DNA from: an uncultured bacterium
GTDB lineage: Bacteria > Chloroflexota > Anaerolineae > Anaerolineales > UBA4823
DNA: 64,000 nt
Assembly: GCA_965603285.1 (NCBI GenBank)
Contig: CBFDCK010000003.1
Coordinates: forward strand, 5,799 to 69,798
Direction of reading: 5' to 3'
Of the stretch, positions 47,494 to 58,352 are shown in pieces (the first letter of the stretch is position 1; the number at the start of each line of letters is the position of its first letter). The notes under the pieces are model-generated. The model searched no databases, was not told where the DNA came from, and saw nothing but the letters and a program-made list of their open reading frames with translations. Made by a program: the position numbers and the translations under genes.

Positions 47494-48236
47494 TCGAGAG
47501 CTTCCCGAATAATATTAACACCGGCGCTGGCACCCAAACGCGTTGCGCCGGCTCGAATCATAGCTGTTGCTGTTTCATAGTCACGTACACCACCCGCGGC
47601 TTTGATCTCAATATTGGGGCCAACAAGCCGGTACATCAAATCAACATCTTCGACTGTAGCTCCACCTGGGACAAAGTCGGTTGACGTCTTTACGAAATCT
47701 GCTCCCGCTGCTTTACATATCAGGCAGGCGATTATCTTCTCCCTGTGGGTTAGCAGGGACGTTTCAAGGATAACCTTCAGGATTGCTTTTTGATTGTGAG
47801 CGGTTTGGGCAACTGACTGCACGTCGTTGACCACCAACCCGTAGGCCTCACTCTTAAGAGCGCCAATATTCATCACCATGTCGATCTCGGAGGCGCCAAA
47901 AAGTATGCATGAAAGTGCTTCGAAGGATTTCTGGGTCGGAAGGGTGGCGCCAAGCGGGAATCCCACTACAGTGCAAACAAGGACCTGGGAATCTGCCAAT
48001 AACCCTGATGCCAGGGGGATATAGGCTGGATTCACGCACACGCTGGTAAAATTGTATTTCCGTGCTTCTTTGCAGAGATCCGCGATCTGGTCTGAAGTAG
48101 CTTCTGGTTTCAGCAGGGTGTGATCAATCCAGCCGGCAATTTGAGCACCCATAGGTACGGGAGGTAGGGCTGGCAGTACCGGCAGTTCACTTTCGTATTC
48201 GTCGGCTAATTCAAGAATCTGTGCAATTGAATACAT
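47490..48236 (-). CDS. deoC: Deoxyribose-phosphate aldolase, second copy without encapsulation peptide
   Basis: [42 protein letters not shown]. Confidence 0.9.
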   Translation of the reverse strand: MYSIAQILELADEYESELPVLPALPPVPMGAQIAGWIDHTLLKPEATSDQIADLCKEARKYNFTSVCVNPAYIPLASGLLADSQVLVCTVVGFPLGATLPTQKSFEALSCILFGASEIDMVMNIGALKSEAYGLVVNDVQSVAQTAHNQKAILKVILETSLLTHREKIIACLICKAAGADFVKTSTDFVPGGATVEDVDLMYRLVGPNIEIKAAGGVRDYETATAMIRAGATRLGASAGVNIIREALE

Positions 48237-48248
48237 AAGTAATTATCT

Positions 48249-48839
48249 TCAGGGGGCTGCATTTGCTGAAACAGGGTATTGGATAAGCCCCCATTTTTCT
48301 GGTGGCCAATAGACAACCAGTGCTTTGCCAACTACGTTTTCCATCGGAACGGGACCCCAATTGTGAGAATCGGAAGAATTGTTACGGTTATCTCCTAATA
48401 CAAAAAGAGAATTTTCAGGTACGTCCCATTCACTCTGATATTGTGGTTCGGCAGCGATATAGGGTTCTTCTATGAGCTGGTCGTTGACGTAAACTGAGCC
48501 GTTGGAAATTGTAACATTATCTCCAGATAACCCAATGACGCGTTTGATATATTCCTGCTCAGGGTCGCGGGGATAGTGAAATACGATCACATCGCTAATT
48601 TCTGGCTGGCTGAATTTGTATGCTAATCTATTGACGATCACAAATTCTCCGCTTTGCAGCGTGGGTTCCATACTGTGACCATCAACTCGGATACGGGCAG
48701 AAACTGCATTTATACCAATAAACAGCAATATCGATAAGATCAAAGTCTCCAGGACATCCAGGAAAAAGCGCGCAACCTTCGAACGGCGACCTTTTATGGT
48801 GGTCGGTTCGGGAAGCGTCTCAGTTTGATAACCTTCCAA
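48249..48839 (-). CDS. lepB: Signal peptidase I
   Basis: GHSMEPT, YIKRVIG, GDNRNNSSDS; TTG 48839 has GGAGG 8 nt upstream (ATG 48854 alternative). Confidence 0.93.
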   Translation of the reverse strand: MEGYQTETLPEPTTIKGRRSKVARFFLDVLETLILSILLFIGINAVSARIRVDGHSMEPTLQSGEFVIVNRLAYKFSQPEISDVIVFHYPRDPEQEYIKRVIGLSGDNVTISNGSVYVNDQLIEEPYIAAEPQYQSEWDVPENSLFVLGDNRNNSSDSHNWGPVPMENVVGKALVVYWPPEKWGLIQYPVSANAAP

Positions 48840-48938
48840 GTTGTTTTCCTCCATATGAATCATGAAGATTATAAATCTGCTTCGTAGTAGGAGCAAGGTT
48901 TTGAATATTAGAGTGCGTTCATGATTATATAATGTGTT

Positions 48939-50321
48939 CTAATGTCTTGGTTTGAGTACCAATCGTATCGGCGTACCGATGAATGGATAATGGACGCGGA
49001 GTTGGTTTTCTAGATAGCGAAGGTAGCTGAAATGCGCTGACTTAGGATTGTTGACGTAGAGCATAAACGTGGGTGGATCGCTGCGAACTTGTGTGACGTA
49101 GTAGATTCTAAGCTGGCGACCGGAAAATGTGGGTGCTGGATGTCTGTCCTGCGCATTTTGTACGACTTGGTTGAGCTGCGAGGTGGAAAGTTTAACCAAT
49201 CTTTCCTCCTGCACCTGAAGCGCCAACGGTAGTACCCGGTGTACACGCTGCCCGGTTTTGGCAGAAATAAAAAGAAGCGGCACGTAATCCATGAATTTTA
49301 ATTCGTCGCGTAAACGAGTGGTGAACTCGTGCATAGTGTAGGTGTTTTTTTCGATTAAATCCCATTTATTCACCACCACTACGACACTTTTCCATTCTTC
49401 CAGGATGAAGCCTGCGATGTGGGCGTCTTGGGCGGTTACACCGCTGGTAGCATCAATTACCAGCAGCGCTACATCTGCCCGTTTTATGGCCAACAATGCA
49501 CGCAGGACGCTGTATTTTTCCACACCCGGTACGATCCGTCCCCGTCGGCGAATGCCTGCAGTATCGATCAAAGTGATTGGAATGTTCTCGTAGACCAGAT
49601 TTGTATCCACTGCATCCCGGGTGGTCCCGGGAATTGGACTCACGATCGCCCGTTCTTGTCCGAGTATTTTATTCAGCAGGCTTGATTTACCAACGTTCGG
49701 CTTCCCAATGATCGCTATTTTAATAGAATCGTCTTCGATTTCAGCTTCTTGATCTATGGATGTTTTGAGGGCGGTCACAAGGACGTCCAACAAATCTCCG
49801 GTACCAGTGCCGTGCAGAGCTGAAATCGGGTAAGGGTCACCCATGCCCAATTCATAGAATTCCAGCGCCTGACTGCGGCGGGCAGCATTGTCAGCCTTAT
49901 TCACTACCAGCAGCACAGGCGGCCAAAAAGAACCGTTTCGTTTCCGTTGGTGCTGGCGTAGAATTTGAGCTACTTCCTGGTCGGCCGGGGTTACACCGCT
50001 TTCAACGTCTGTGATGAACAGTACGATATCGGCTTCATCAATGGCGATTTCCGCCTGGATGCGGATATCATTGATGAAATCTTTTGATCCAATCGAAAGC
50101 GGTTCCTTGACCTGACCAGGAGAGATTGTCGTTGGATCAATTCCACCGGTGTCAATAATGTCAAAAGATATGCCGCTCCACTCCGCTTCTGCTACCAACC
50201 GGTCGCGTGTCGTTCCGGGGATTTCATCGGTGACTGCTAGCCGATCCCCTGCCAAACGGTTAAACAACGTGCTTTTACCGACATTGGGTCGTCCTACTAA
50301 AGCGATAATTGGTTTTAGCAT
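48939..50321 (-). CDS. der: Ribosome biogenesis GTPase Der/EngA
   Basis: Two G-domains (GRPNVGKS, GKPNVGKS; DTGG/DTAG; NKAD/NKWD), C-terminal YLRYLEN..R...G.PI. Confidence 0.97.
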   Translation of the reverse strand: MLKPIIALVGRPNVGKSTLFNRLAGDRLAVTDEIPGTTRDRLVAEAEWSGISFDIIDTGGIDPTTISPGQVKEPLSIGSKDFINDIRIQAEIAIDEADIVLFITDVESGVTPADQEVAQILRQHQRKRNGSFWPPVLLVVNKADNAARRSQALEFYELGMGDPYPISALHGTGTGDLLDVLVTALKTSIDQEAEIEDDSIKIAIIGKPNVGKSSLLNKILGQERAIVSPIPGTTRDAVDTNLVYENIPITLIDTAGIRRRGRIVPGVEKYSVLRALLAIKRADVALLVIDATSGVTAQDAHIAGFILEEWKSVVVVVNKWDLIEKNTYTMHEFTTRLRDELKFMDYVPLLFISAKTGQRVHRVLPLALQVQEERLVKLSTSQLNQVVQNAQDRHPAPTFSGRQLRIYYVTQVRSDPPTFMLYVNNPKSAHFSYLRYLENQLRVHYPFIGTPIRLVLKPRH

Positions 50322-50390
50322 TAGTCTATCCTGTCAGGTGAACGGTATACGCTGGGTGCGGCTTTTTGCTGTATTCTGCTTGTGAGAGAA

Positions 50391-51674
50391 TCACGGCGTG
50401 GGTGTGACCGATGGTGTAGCGAGGACTGTTACAGTAGGTGTGGGGGTTGGTGCAACACTGATATCCACTTCGACTGTATCGGGTAGCGTGGTCTGCACTC
50501 GAACTTGATCAGGTACCCGCTCGACTTCGGGAGACCGCTGGTAGATACCGGTAGGCAATCCTTCGAGGTCCAAAATTATCCGGAAATCTGCTGGTGTTAA
50601 TACTTCCAGGATGTTTATCGGTCCTGCTGCTATCACATCAACCTGTACAGGCGATATCGCGGCTTCAAGATCCTGTGCCAGACCAACTACCTCAACAGGG
50701 ACGGAGTACGTCCTACTGCTTTCGATCGCTGCTACGCTTACCTGAACCAGGACATCAGGTTCTCGAACTAATTCAATCCCTGGGGGCAAACTCAATCCAA
50801 CATTTATTTCAATATCATCACCTAGATCGGTCAGGTTTACTGGAAGGGTATCAACGAAGCCTGGAATCTCATCTATTTTTCTTGGATCTTCAGAAAAAAC
50901 CGTCACCGTAGGAGGTGAGACCGAGACGTTTGTCAGGCGGTAACCATTTGCGACCTGACCTGTAGTGGTCACCTTGACGACAACGTTTTTAAAACCGCCT
51001 AGTAGATTGATCGGTTGGGTGACGCTTACTTCATTAGGTGTGACCGTCACATCGCGGATTGTTTCGCCGTTCTCATCCACTACTTCCACGGGGATGGTTG
51101 TATTAAGAGTTTCGGTTTCGCCGGAGATATCAATACTTGAGCGCACCAGTGCTACTTTCTCTACTGAAGATGCTGGACCGGATACTGTGACTTCGTTTGG
51201 CTCAAGTAATACCGTCCCTTTTTTATAACCTAATGGCGGCTCTCCGTTCACACTGAGTTCGATTGGGAAACTATCAGCTGCTAATGGTTCCAGAGTCAAA
51301 CGTATATCCTGAGGATCAACATTGACAAACCGGATTGGGTTGATATCTACACTTGTTCTTACCTCGACATTATGTTCTCCGGTTTTTAAACCGGATAAAT
51401 CAATCCAGGCTTGAATTAATTTGGGGTTGTCATTCAGCTCATTCCATATTGACCTGGGAGCCTTTAACGTGAGCTGTACCGTTTCAGGGATTTCACCTAT
51501 CAGCAGTAATTTTGGATCCTGCCCAACTACTTCGATACTTACAGGGCGTGAGATGTGTTCTTCATTAGGGTCGGCGGTAACAACTGCCGATACCCATACG
51601 ACCACGGACAGGATGAAAGCAAGTATTAGAGTGCTTATGTTCTTAGATAGCCACCGAAATATGGAAGCGAACAT
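50391..51674 (-). CDS. cdaR: CdaR/YbbR-domain protein
   Basis: N-terminal TM, repeated P..VTV.GP beta domains, adjacent to cdaA. Confidence 0.85.
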   Translation of the reverse strand: MFASIFRWLSKNISTLILAFILSVVVWVSAVVTADPNEEHISRPVSIEVVGQDPKLLLIGEIPETVQLTLKAPRSIWNELNDNPKLIQAWIDLSGLKTGEHNVEVRTSVDINPIRFVNVDPQDIRLTLEPLAADSFPIELSVNGEPPLGYKKGTVLLEPNEVTVSGPASSVEKVALVRSSIDISGETETLNTTIPVEVVDENGETIRDVTVTPNEVSVTQPINLLGGFKNVVVKVTTTGQVANGYRLTNVSVSPPTVTVFSEDPRKIDEIPGFVDTLPVNLTDLGDDIEINVGLSLPPGIELVREPDVLVQVSVAAIESSRTYSVPVEVVGLAQDLEAAISPVQVDVIAAGPINILEVLTPADFRIILDLEGLPTGIYQRSPEVERVPDQVRVQTTLPDTVEVDISVAPTPTPTVTVLATPSVTPTP

Positions 51675-52556
51675 TTATGAATCCTTTTGGTCATTTGCAC
51701 CCGTTCCGGGGAAAAAACGAGACACTGACGCTAACAATCCACTAGGCTGTGGCGGTTTAAAAAATGCTCTCAGTACATTCTCCAGGCGCTCAGCATCAAG
51801 GCGTCTAATCATCCTTCCGGAGTGAACGACGGTTATCGAACCTGTCTCTTCAGAAATCACAATGGCAACTGCGTCGCTTACCTCAGATATACCCAGTGCC
51901 GCCCGGTGGCGCAGCCCCATCTGCCTTTCCGGGGATGCGGTCAGGACACCGCTGGCGGATAGGGGCATAACACAGGAAGCAGCAATCAGGCAGGAGTCTG
52001 AAATGATTACTGCCCCATCGTGCAATGGGGTGTTGGGGTAGAACACTTGTAACAGTAATTCCGGGGATACGTCAGCGTTCATGTACACCCCGGTCTGCAC
52101 GTACTCATTCAGGGAGTCGCGACGCTGCATGGCGATCAAAGCTCCATGTTTGCGGTTAGCAAGACGTGCAGACGCATAAACGATTGCATTTATCGTATCT
52201 TGCATTTTTCCGGAAGACTTATTGGTGGGTATAATCGTTCCCGCTCGCCCTAATCGTTCGAGGGCGTGCCTTATTTCTGGAGCAAAGATAACTGGTATGG
52301 CAAACAGGATAGCAGGCAGAGCCACTCTTACAAGCCATGAGAAAGCCGGCAGCACTTCTAATGATGCCAATAATCCGATCAATGCGATTAATAACAGGGC
52401 TCCACGAAGCAACACCATAGCTTGAGTGCCGCGCAATAGCAATAAGATCCCGAAGAAAACTGCCATAACCAGGATCAGGTCAACTATGCTCACCCAGTTT
52501 AGTCGCTCGAAAATAAAGACTATATTTGTAGCTATGGTGTTGATAAATTCAGGCAC
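51675..52556 (-). CDS. cdaA: Diadenylate cyclase CdaA
   Basis: Three TM helices, F.PE.R..LE.LG, TPLHDGAV, GLRHRAA, SEETG. Confidence 0.95.
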   Translation of the reverse strand: MPEFINTIATNIVFIFERLNWVSIVDLILVMAVFFGILLLLRGTQAMVLLRGALLLIALIGLLASLEVLPAFSWLVRVALPAILFAIPVIFAPEIRHALERLGRAGTIIPTNKSSGKMQDTINAIVYASARLANRKHGALIAMQRRDSLNEYVQTGVYMNADVSPELLLQVFYPNTPLHDGAVIISDSCLIAASCVMPLSASGVLTASPERQMGLRHRAALGISEVSDAVAIVISEETGSITVVHSGRMIRRLDAERLENVLRAFFKPPQPSGLLASVSRFFPGTGANDQKDS

Positions 52557-52602
52557 GCGTGTGAACTCCAGATTGGTTTATCTAATAAAAATTAAAGGGC
52601 TC

Positions 52603-53727
52603 TCATAGCGCAGACGTTTGTTGCAATTGTTTACTGAACATAACTGTATCACGGGATTGGAAGGAAATGGCGATTTCTCTCCAAGCTTGAATTTCGAGCT
52701 CCTCTGGATTTCGCACCTTGTATCCAAGAGGTGTTAATCCAGCAAAGTGATCGGCTAATTTGTCGGTCAGGTAGAGGAGCGAAATTTCGCATTGGCGCCC
52801 CTCTGATATTGAATCAATTGCTCTCATAAATTCATATAATGAGTTTGGGATTGGAAAATCCACTCCCAGGTGGACTTCGTCGCTGATTGCGACTAAATTT
52901 TTATCATTCCAACCCGCCACACCAGCAGGAATATCGCCGAATTTCATGACCAGGAAGGTTTTTTCTGTAAAGGCAGCCATGATATCTTGAGAAGTGGGAT
53001 TTACTTCTCCATCGCTAAGTTGAGAGATAAGCCCAGAAATTTCAGCACACTGGTCAGGTATATACCGGAGGACCTTGATGTTACCCATTTGGTACACTTC
53101 TGGGCTGGGTTTCTTTTTACGCAGCTTCTCGTATAATCCCAACCATGCTTTCTTAACCTGACTCCAGGTATTTTCAAGAGAGTCGTAATTGTATATAACA
53201 ATATTAGCAGCAGCAATTTTATCATTCTGGGGGGACTGTAATTCTATCCTTTGGGTAGCATTCATCTCACTCAGACCACGATTTTTGATCAAGCGGGCAA
53301 GCTGCAGCTTTAGGGGAGCAGTGCTGACCCACAGGCAATCACATTTTTTTGCCATACCTGATTCGATCAGTTTGATGGCTTCAAGGACGATTACCTTATG
53401 CCCAGATCGATTGATTAAAGCATCGATAGCCTCACTGACGAGCGGGTGGATGATTGACTCCAACTGCGCCAGTGCATCTTTGTCGTGAAATACTACCTGG
53501 GCAAGTTTAGAGCGCTCGATCTCGCCACTAGAGTCTAGAATCCCCTCTCCGAATGCTTCTAACACTGGTTGGAAGCCCGGGTCTCCTGAAGCGATGGTGC
53601 GATGAGCCAAGGCATCTGCATCGATGCCGAATGCTCCTAAGTGTTCCAGCATTTTTCGCACTACGCTCTTGCCAGTGGCTATGTTGCCGGTCAAACCGAT
53701 CACATATTTTCCCGACCAGGCGCTCAT
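52603..53727 (-). CDS. coaE: Dephospho-CoA kinase with C-terminal extension
   Basis: IGLTGNIATGKS, IDAD, LESIIHPLV, RI..Q; ~170 extra C-terminal residues. Confidence 0.9.
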   Translation of the reverse strand: MSAWSGKYVIGLTGNIATGKSVVRKMLEHLGAFGIDADALAHRTIASGDPGFQPVLEAFGEGILDSSGEIERSKLAQVVFHDKDALAQLESIIHPLVSEAIDALINRSGHKVIVLEAIKLIESGMAKKCDCLWVSTAPLKLQLARLIKNRGLSEMNATQRIELQSPQNDKIAAANIVIYNYDSLENTWSQVKKAWLGLYEKLRKKKPSPEVYQMGNIKVLRYIPDQCAEISGLISQLSDGEVNPTSQDIMAAFTEKTFLVMKFGDIPAGVAGWNDKNLVAISDEVHLGVDFPIPNSLYEFMRAIDSISEGRQCEISLLYLTDKLADHFAGLTPLGYKVRNPEELEIQAWREIAISFQSRDTVMFSKQLQQTSAL

Positions 53728-53902
53728 ACATTCTCCATTCAAACAGTTTTCGTTATCCTATTGCACCCCCCATTGTAGTCGTGGGGATGAAGAATGTCAA
53801 AGGCGGTATAAAAAAACCATGTCCCATTAAGCTGTCCAAATCGGAACATGGCACTATTGGTTTAGTTTTTATCGCTCTTATATGGCGGTCTTGGTATTAC
53901 AG

Positions 53903-54898
53903 TTACATGAAATCCTCAGCAAAATGGCAGGCTGTCCAGTGCTTGACCTTGATTTCCCGGTATGCTGGTTCTTCCTGGAAGCAAACTTCTTTAGCGATTG
54001 GGCAGCGTGTATTAAAGTTACACCCGAAGGGCGGGTTTGCCGGGCTGGGGATATCACCCTCCAGAATAATGCGGTGGCGCGTTTCGCTGATATCCGGATC
54101 CGGTACTGGAACAGCAGACATCAGCGCTTGAGTGTAAGGATGCAGCGGGTGCAGGTAGATTTCGTCTCGATCCGCCAATTCGACGATCTTGCCCAGATAC
54201 ATGACCGCCATCCGGTCGCTGATATGGCGAACCATGCTAAGGTCGTGGGCGATAAAGAGATAGGTCAGCCCAAGCTGTTCCTGCAGGTCTTCGAGCAGGT
54301 TGACAACCTGCGCCTGGATGGAGACATCTAACGACGAAATCGGTTCATCGCAGATGATCAGGTCCGGGCTGAGGGCAAGTGCTCGGGCGATGCCGATCCT
54401 CTGCCGTTGCCCACCGGAGAATTCATGCGGGTAACGGTTGACGAATTCAGGATTTAGTCCCACCAATTCGAGCAATTCATCCACCCGTTTTCGTTTTTCC
54501 TTTCCTCGGGCGATTTTGTGCACTTCTAGGGGTGCGGAAATAATTGAACCCACAGTCATGCGTGGATTTAAAGAAGCATATGGATCCTGGAATATCATCT
54601 GCATATGGCTCCTCAACCTGCGCAGCTCATTTTCCTTGAGCGTCGTCATATCAACGCCATCGAAAAGGATTTGCCCGTCCGTTGGTTCATAAAGTTGAAG
54701 GATAGTTCGTCCGGTGGTTGTTTTTCCGCAGCCTGATTCGCCGACAAGACCTAAGGTCTCTCCAGGATAAATTTCGAAACTGACGCCATCTACTGCTTTA
54801 ATATCTCCGACGTGTCGTTGTAAGATAGCTCCTTGGTAGATGGGGAAATATTTTTTTAGTTTCTTAACTTGGATCAATGCTTGTTCTTCGTTCGTCAT
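53903..54898 (-). CDS. Peptide ABC transporter ATPase (DppF/OppF)
   Basis: [27 protein letters not shown], Cys-rich tail. Confidence 0.95.
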   Translation of the reverse strand: MTNEEQALIQVKKLKKYFPIYQGAILQRHVGDIKAVDGVSFEIYPGETLGLVGESGCGKTTTGRTILQLYEPTDGQILFDGVDMTTLKENELRRLRSHMQMIFQDPYASLNPRMTVGSIISAPLEVHKIARGKEKRKRVDELLELVGLNPEFVNRYPHEFSGGQRQRIGIARALALSPDLIICDEPISSLDVSIQAQVVNLLEDLQEQLGLTYLFIAHDLSMVRHISDRMAVMYLGKIVELADRDEIYLHPLHPYTQALMSAVPVPDPDISETRHRIILEGDIPSPANPPFGCNFNTRCPIAKEVCFQEEPAYREIKVKHWTACHFAEDFM

Positions 54899-55890
54899 TA
54901 TCTATCCCTCCCTGCAATTTCTTCCCATCGCCAACAAGCAACTACGTGATCCAATCCATCGGAAGATACTAAAGGAGGCATTTCTTCTAGGCACTTGTCG
55001 ATCCTATAGGTGCAGCGAGCGGCAAAGGGGCATCCTTTAGGGAGATCCACTAAATCAGGTGGTAAGCCTGGAATAGATACCAATTTTGTACCTGGTGCCT
55101 CATCTAGACGGGGAAGCGATCCTAATAATCCCAAGGTGTAAGGGTGGCGGGTCCGTTTGTATATATCCCTAACGTTTCCTCGTTCGACGATATATCCGGC
55201 GTACATCACGTTGATTTTTTGGGCGATTTCTGCAATAATTCCCAGGTCGTGCGTGATCCACATTACCGCCATACCAAGCTCACTTTGCAATCTTTTTACC
55301 AAATCCACAATTTGGGCCTGGATGGTCACATCGAGTGCTGTCGTGGGTTCATCGGCAATCAGCAGGCTGGGATGGCAAGAGAGCGCCATAGCGATCATTG
55401 CCCGCTGGCGCATCCCACCTGAAAACTGGTGAGGATAGTCGTCCAACCGCTGCTGGGCTTCAGGGATACCGACCATTGTCAATAATTCTCCTGATCTCTT
55501 GTATGCCTCTTTTTTATCCATGTCTTGATGCAGCATTAAAGCTTCGGATATCTGGTAACCTACTGTGTAGACCGGATTAAGTGAGGTCATTGGATCTTGG
55601 AATACCATGGCAATCTGAGCGCCGCGAATACTGCGCATCTCGTTGTCGCTCATTTTGAGCAGATCGTGACCGTGGAAAATAACTTCCCCGCTTTCGATCT
55701 TACCGGGAGGGCTTTGGATCAAGCGCATTATGGACAGCGCATGAACGCTCTTCCCGCAACCGCTTTCCCCAACGACCCCAAGTGTCTCACCGTCATCCAT
55801 TTTATACGAGACACCGTTCACAGCATGTACAACCCCGTCTTCAGTATAAAAGCGCGTTATTAAATCTTTAAGATCAAGCAATACTGCCAT
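54898..55890 (-). CDS. Peptide ABC transporter ATPase (DppD/OppD)
   Basis: [35 protein letters not shown]; start trimmed to ATG 55890. Confidence 0.95.
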   Translation of the reverse strand: MAVLLDLKDLITRFYTEDGVVHAVNGVSYKMDDGETLGVVGESGCGKSVHALSIMRLIQSPPGKIESGEVIFHGHDLLKMSDNEMRSIRGAQIAMVFQDPMTSLNPVYTVGYQISEALMLHQDMDKKEAYKRSGELLTMVGIPEAQQRLDDYPHQFSGGMRQRAMIAMALSCHPSLLIADEPTTALDVTIQAQIVDLVKRLQSELGMAVMWITHDLGIIAEIAQKINVMYAGYIVERGNVRDIYKRTRHPYTLGLLGSLPRLDEAPGTKLVSIPGLPPDLVDLPKGCPFAARCTYRIDKCLEEMPPLVSSDGLDHVVACWRWEEIAGRDR

Positions 55891-55958
55891 ATTAATCCTT
55901 GTGAATATAGGTGAAGTGTTTCGGATGAGATAGGATAGATTTCCACAGGCGCACAATC

Positions 55959-57188
55959 CTAGATTCGCATCTTGGGGTCCAACGCATCCCGCAGACCGTC
56001 TCCCAGCAGGTTGAAACCCAAAACACTCAACATGATCGCAATTCCCGGGAACAATACAGCCCACCATGCGCCGCTGGTTAAGAACCGGTAGCTGTCGCCC
56101 AGCATTGCCCCCCATTCTGGCGTTGGGGGTATTGCGCCAAGACCTAAAAAGCCTAGTGCAGCCGCTGATAAAATTGCACCAGCCAGCCCCATTGTCGATT
56201 GAACGATGATCGGAGATAGAATATTCGGGAAGACATGGCGAAAGATGATCCGCCCGTGACCCTCCCCAACGGATTGGGCAGACAAAATGTATTCTTTTTG
56301 AGTGACCGATAAGACCGATGATCGCACAATGCGTGCATAGATAGGAATACCGACAATACCAATTGCAATCATCCCTTTTTCAAGACCTGGTCCCAGGAAA
56401 GCAACGATCGCGATTGCCAGCAGGTAACCGGGGAAAGCCAGGATGATGTCCATCCCCCGCATAACGATAGTGGAAAAAGCTCTGCCTCCCAATTGGAGGG
56501 CGAGAATTAAACCTATCATCAGCCCCAATATTCCACACACGAGCGCCACAAATGGAGCGACCAATAAAGCCAGCCCTCCGCCAATCAGCAATCCCAGTCC
56601 ACCAAATAGTAGAAAGCGACCAGGTCTGTCGGCTAAAAATTTATCGAATATTCCACCAAACGCTCCCAGCGCAGCGAAAAGAAATATCTGGACCGGTTGG
56701 GCTGCGATCCAGCCTGGTAAGAACCCGAGCATAAGACCAATTAATCCTAATAGAAACGCTCGTTCAAGTGGTGTGACGGCTATACTTTCGAAAAACCCGG
56801 ATAGCAACCCCAATATTCCTCCAATGATCAGGGAAATGCTCACAGCCACCAGCCCCACCCGCAGCGAGTTCCAACCGCCGTGGATAACACGCGTAAAGAT
56901 ATCTCGTCCCAGTTTATCAGTTCCAAAGGGGTGAATTGAAGGAACTTCCTCCGTAGGAATCAGATTGGGGGGCTTTAGCTTCAGGGAGTAATTAAGGTCA
57001 GTATTTGGATTGTAATCCCAGAAGAAGTGCGCTAGGACAGCGGTTAATACAAATAAAGCCACAATTGCCATACCGATGCGGGCGGTTTTGCTTGAGATTA
57101 ACCGCTGCCAGGCGTCTCCCCACAGAGAGCGATGTTCGCGGACCGCGAAATCGGTTATTCCTAGTTCATCAGGTGTGATCTCAGTCAT
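55959..57188 (-). CDS. Peptide ABC permease (DppC/OppC) with internal TM insertion
   Basis: HPFGTDKLGRD, YARIVRS, RHVFPN, PEWGAML, NLLGDGLRDALDP. Confidence 0.93.
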   Translation of the reverse strand: MTEITPDELGITDFAVREHRSLWGDAWQRLISSKTARIGMAIVALFVLTAVLAHFFWDYNPNTDLNYSLKLKPPNLIPTEEVPSIHPFGTDKLGRDIFTRVIHGGWNSLRVGLVAVSISLIIGGILGLLSGFFESIAVTPLERAFLLGLIGLMLGFLPGWIAAQPVQIFLFAALGAFGGIFDKFLADRPGRFLLFGGLGLLIGGGLALLVAPFVALVCGILGLMIGLILALQLGGRAFSTIVMRGMDIILAFPGYLLAIAIVAFLGPGLEKGMIAIGIVGIPIYARIVRSSVLSVTQKEYILSAQSVGEGHGRIIFRHVFPNILSPIIVQSTMGLAGAILSAAALGFLGLGAIPPTPEWGAMLGDSYRFLTSGAWWAVLFPGIAIMLSVLGFNLLGDGLRDALDPKMRI

Positions 57189-57195
57189 TTAACCC

Positions 57196-58248
57196 TCAAT
57201 CGTATTTTATGCGCGGATCAAGATATGCGTAGGATATATCGATAAGTAGATTGATGAATACAAACATTAGGGCGATCAGCAGGGTGCCTCCCTGCACGAT
57301 AGGGTAATCACGCGCGAGAATCGAATCATATATCCATCTGCCAATCCCAGGCCAGGAAAAGATGGTTTCAGTTAATACAGCGCCGGCTAAGAGTGTGCCT
57401 GCCTGGAGACCGATGATTGTGATGATCGGTAGAAAAGCGTTTTTTAGAGCATGGCGGAAGAGTACAAATCGTTCCATTAACCCCTTAGCATGCGCTGTAC
57501 GAATGTAATCCTCTTGCAGCACATCCAGCATGCTGGAGCGCGTCATCCGGGCAATGATCGCCATTGGGATGGTCGCTAAAGCGATCGATGGCAGTATTAA
57601 ATGCTGGACCGCATCGAGGAAAGCAGGGATGTTTCCGGTTATCAGGCTGTCGATGAGTACGAAATTCGTCTTTAATTCGAGACCCACACCCACACTCAGA
57701 CGCCCGCCCGCTGGCAGCCACTTCAAGAAAACGGCAAAAATCATGATCTCCATCAGTCCCAGCCAAAAGATAGGCATAGACACGCCAATAAGCGAGCCGA
57801 CCATAGTAGTACCGTCCAGGAGAGAATTGCGGCGGGCAGCCGAGGCAATGCCGGCTGGAAGACCGACAACGATTGCGATGAGCATTGAGACAACAGCAAG
57901 TTCAACAGTCGCCGGGAATCTTATGGCAAGGGTTTCAGCCACCGGAATCCGGCGGTGGATGGAGGTACCCAGATCAACTCGCAGTAGGCGACCGAGATAG
58001 TTGATGTACTGGCTGTCGAAAAAGCCCGCAATATCGCCTTGTTTTAATGCTTCGCGGTCGAGGAAAGCCGGTCGGTTGAGTCCAAGCTGTTCCCTGATAC
58101 GTTCTACGTTATCTTTTGCTGCATGCTCTCCCAGCATGGCGATAGCAGGGTCGCCGGGGATGAGGCGCTGGAACATGAAAATGACGAAAGTAATCCCAAT
58201 TATCGTAGGAATTACCGCGACGAACCTGCGAAATATATATCTGGTCAA
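57196..58248 (-). CDS. Peptide ABC permease (DppB/OppB)
   Basis: IPGDPA, RFPAT.EL, SMP.FW, DYIRTA.AKG, HALKNA, ETIFSWPG, RDYP. Confidence 0.95.
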   Translation of the reverse strand: MTRYIFRRFVAVIPTIIGITFVIFMFQRLIPGDPAIAMLGEHAAKDNVERIREQLGLNRPAFLDREALKQGDIAGFFDSQYINYLGRLLRVDLGTSIHRRIPVAETLAIRFPATVELAVVSMLIAIVVGLPAGIASAARRNSLLDGTTMVGSLIGVSMPIFWLGLMEIMIFAVFLKWLPAGGRLSVGVGLELKTNFVLIDSLITGNIPAFLDAVQHLILPSIALATIPMAIIARMTRSSMLDVLQEDYIRTAHAKGLMERFVLFRHALKNAFLPIITIIGLQAGTLLAGAVLTETIFSWPGIGRWIYDSILARDYPIVQGGTLLIALMFVFINLLIDISYAYLDPRIKYD

Positions 58249-58268
58249 GATTACCCTCCTTACTATTA

Positions 58269-58303
58269 ATACGGGGGGGCGGATACTTGCCGCCCCCCCG
58301 TAT
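58269..58303 (-). other. 14-bp perfect GC-rich hairpin between SBP and permease genes
   Basis: atacgggggggcgg-atacttg-ccgcccccccgtat. Confidence 0.8.
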
Positions 58304-58352
58304 AGACTTCATAAGGTTTTATTTGTTCTTACAGCCTCGCAGGTAGTGGAGG

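Noticed and set aside
53553-54331. 192-aa and 149-aa plus-strand ORFs
   Set aside because: Antisense to coaE and the peptide ABC ATPase
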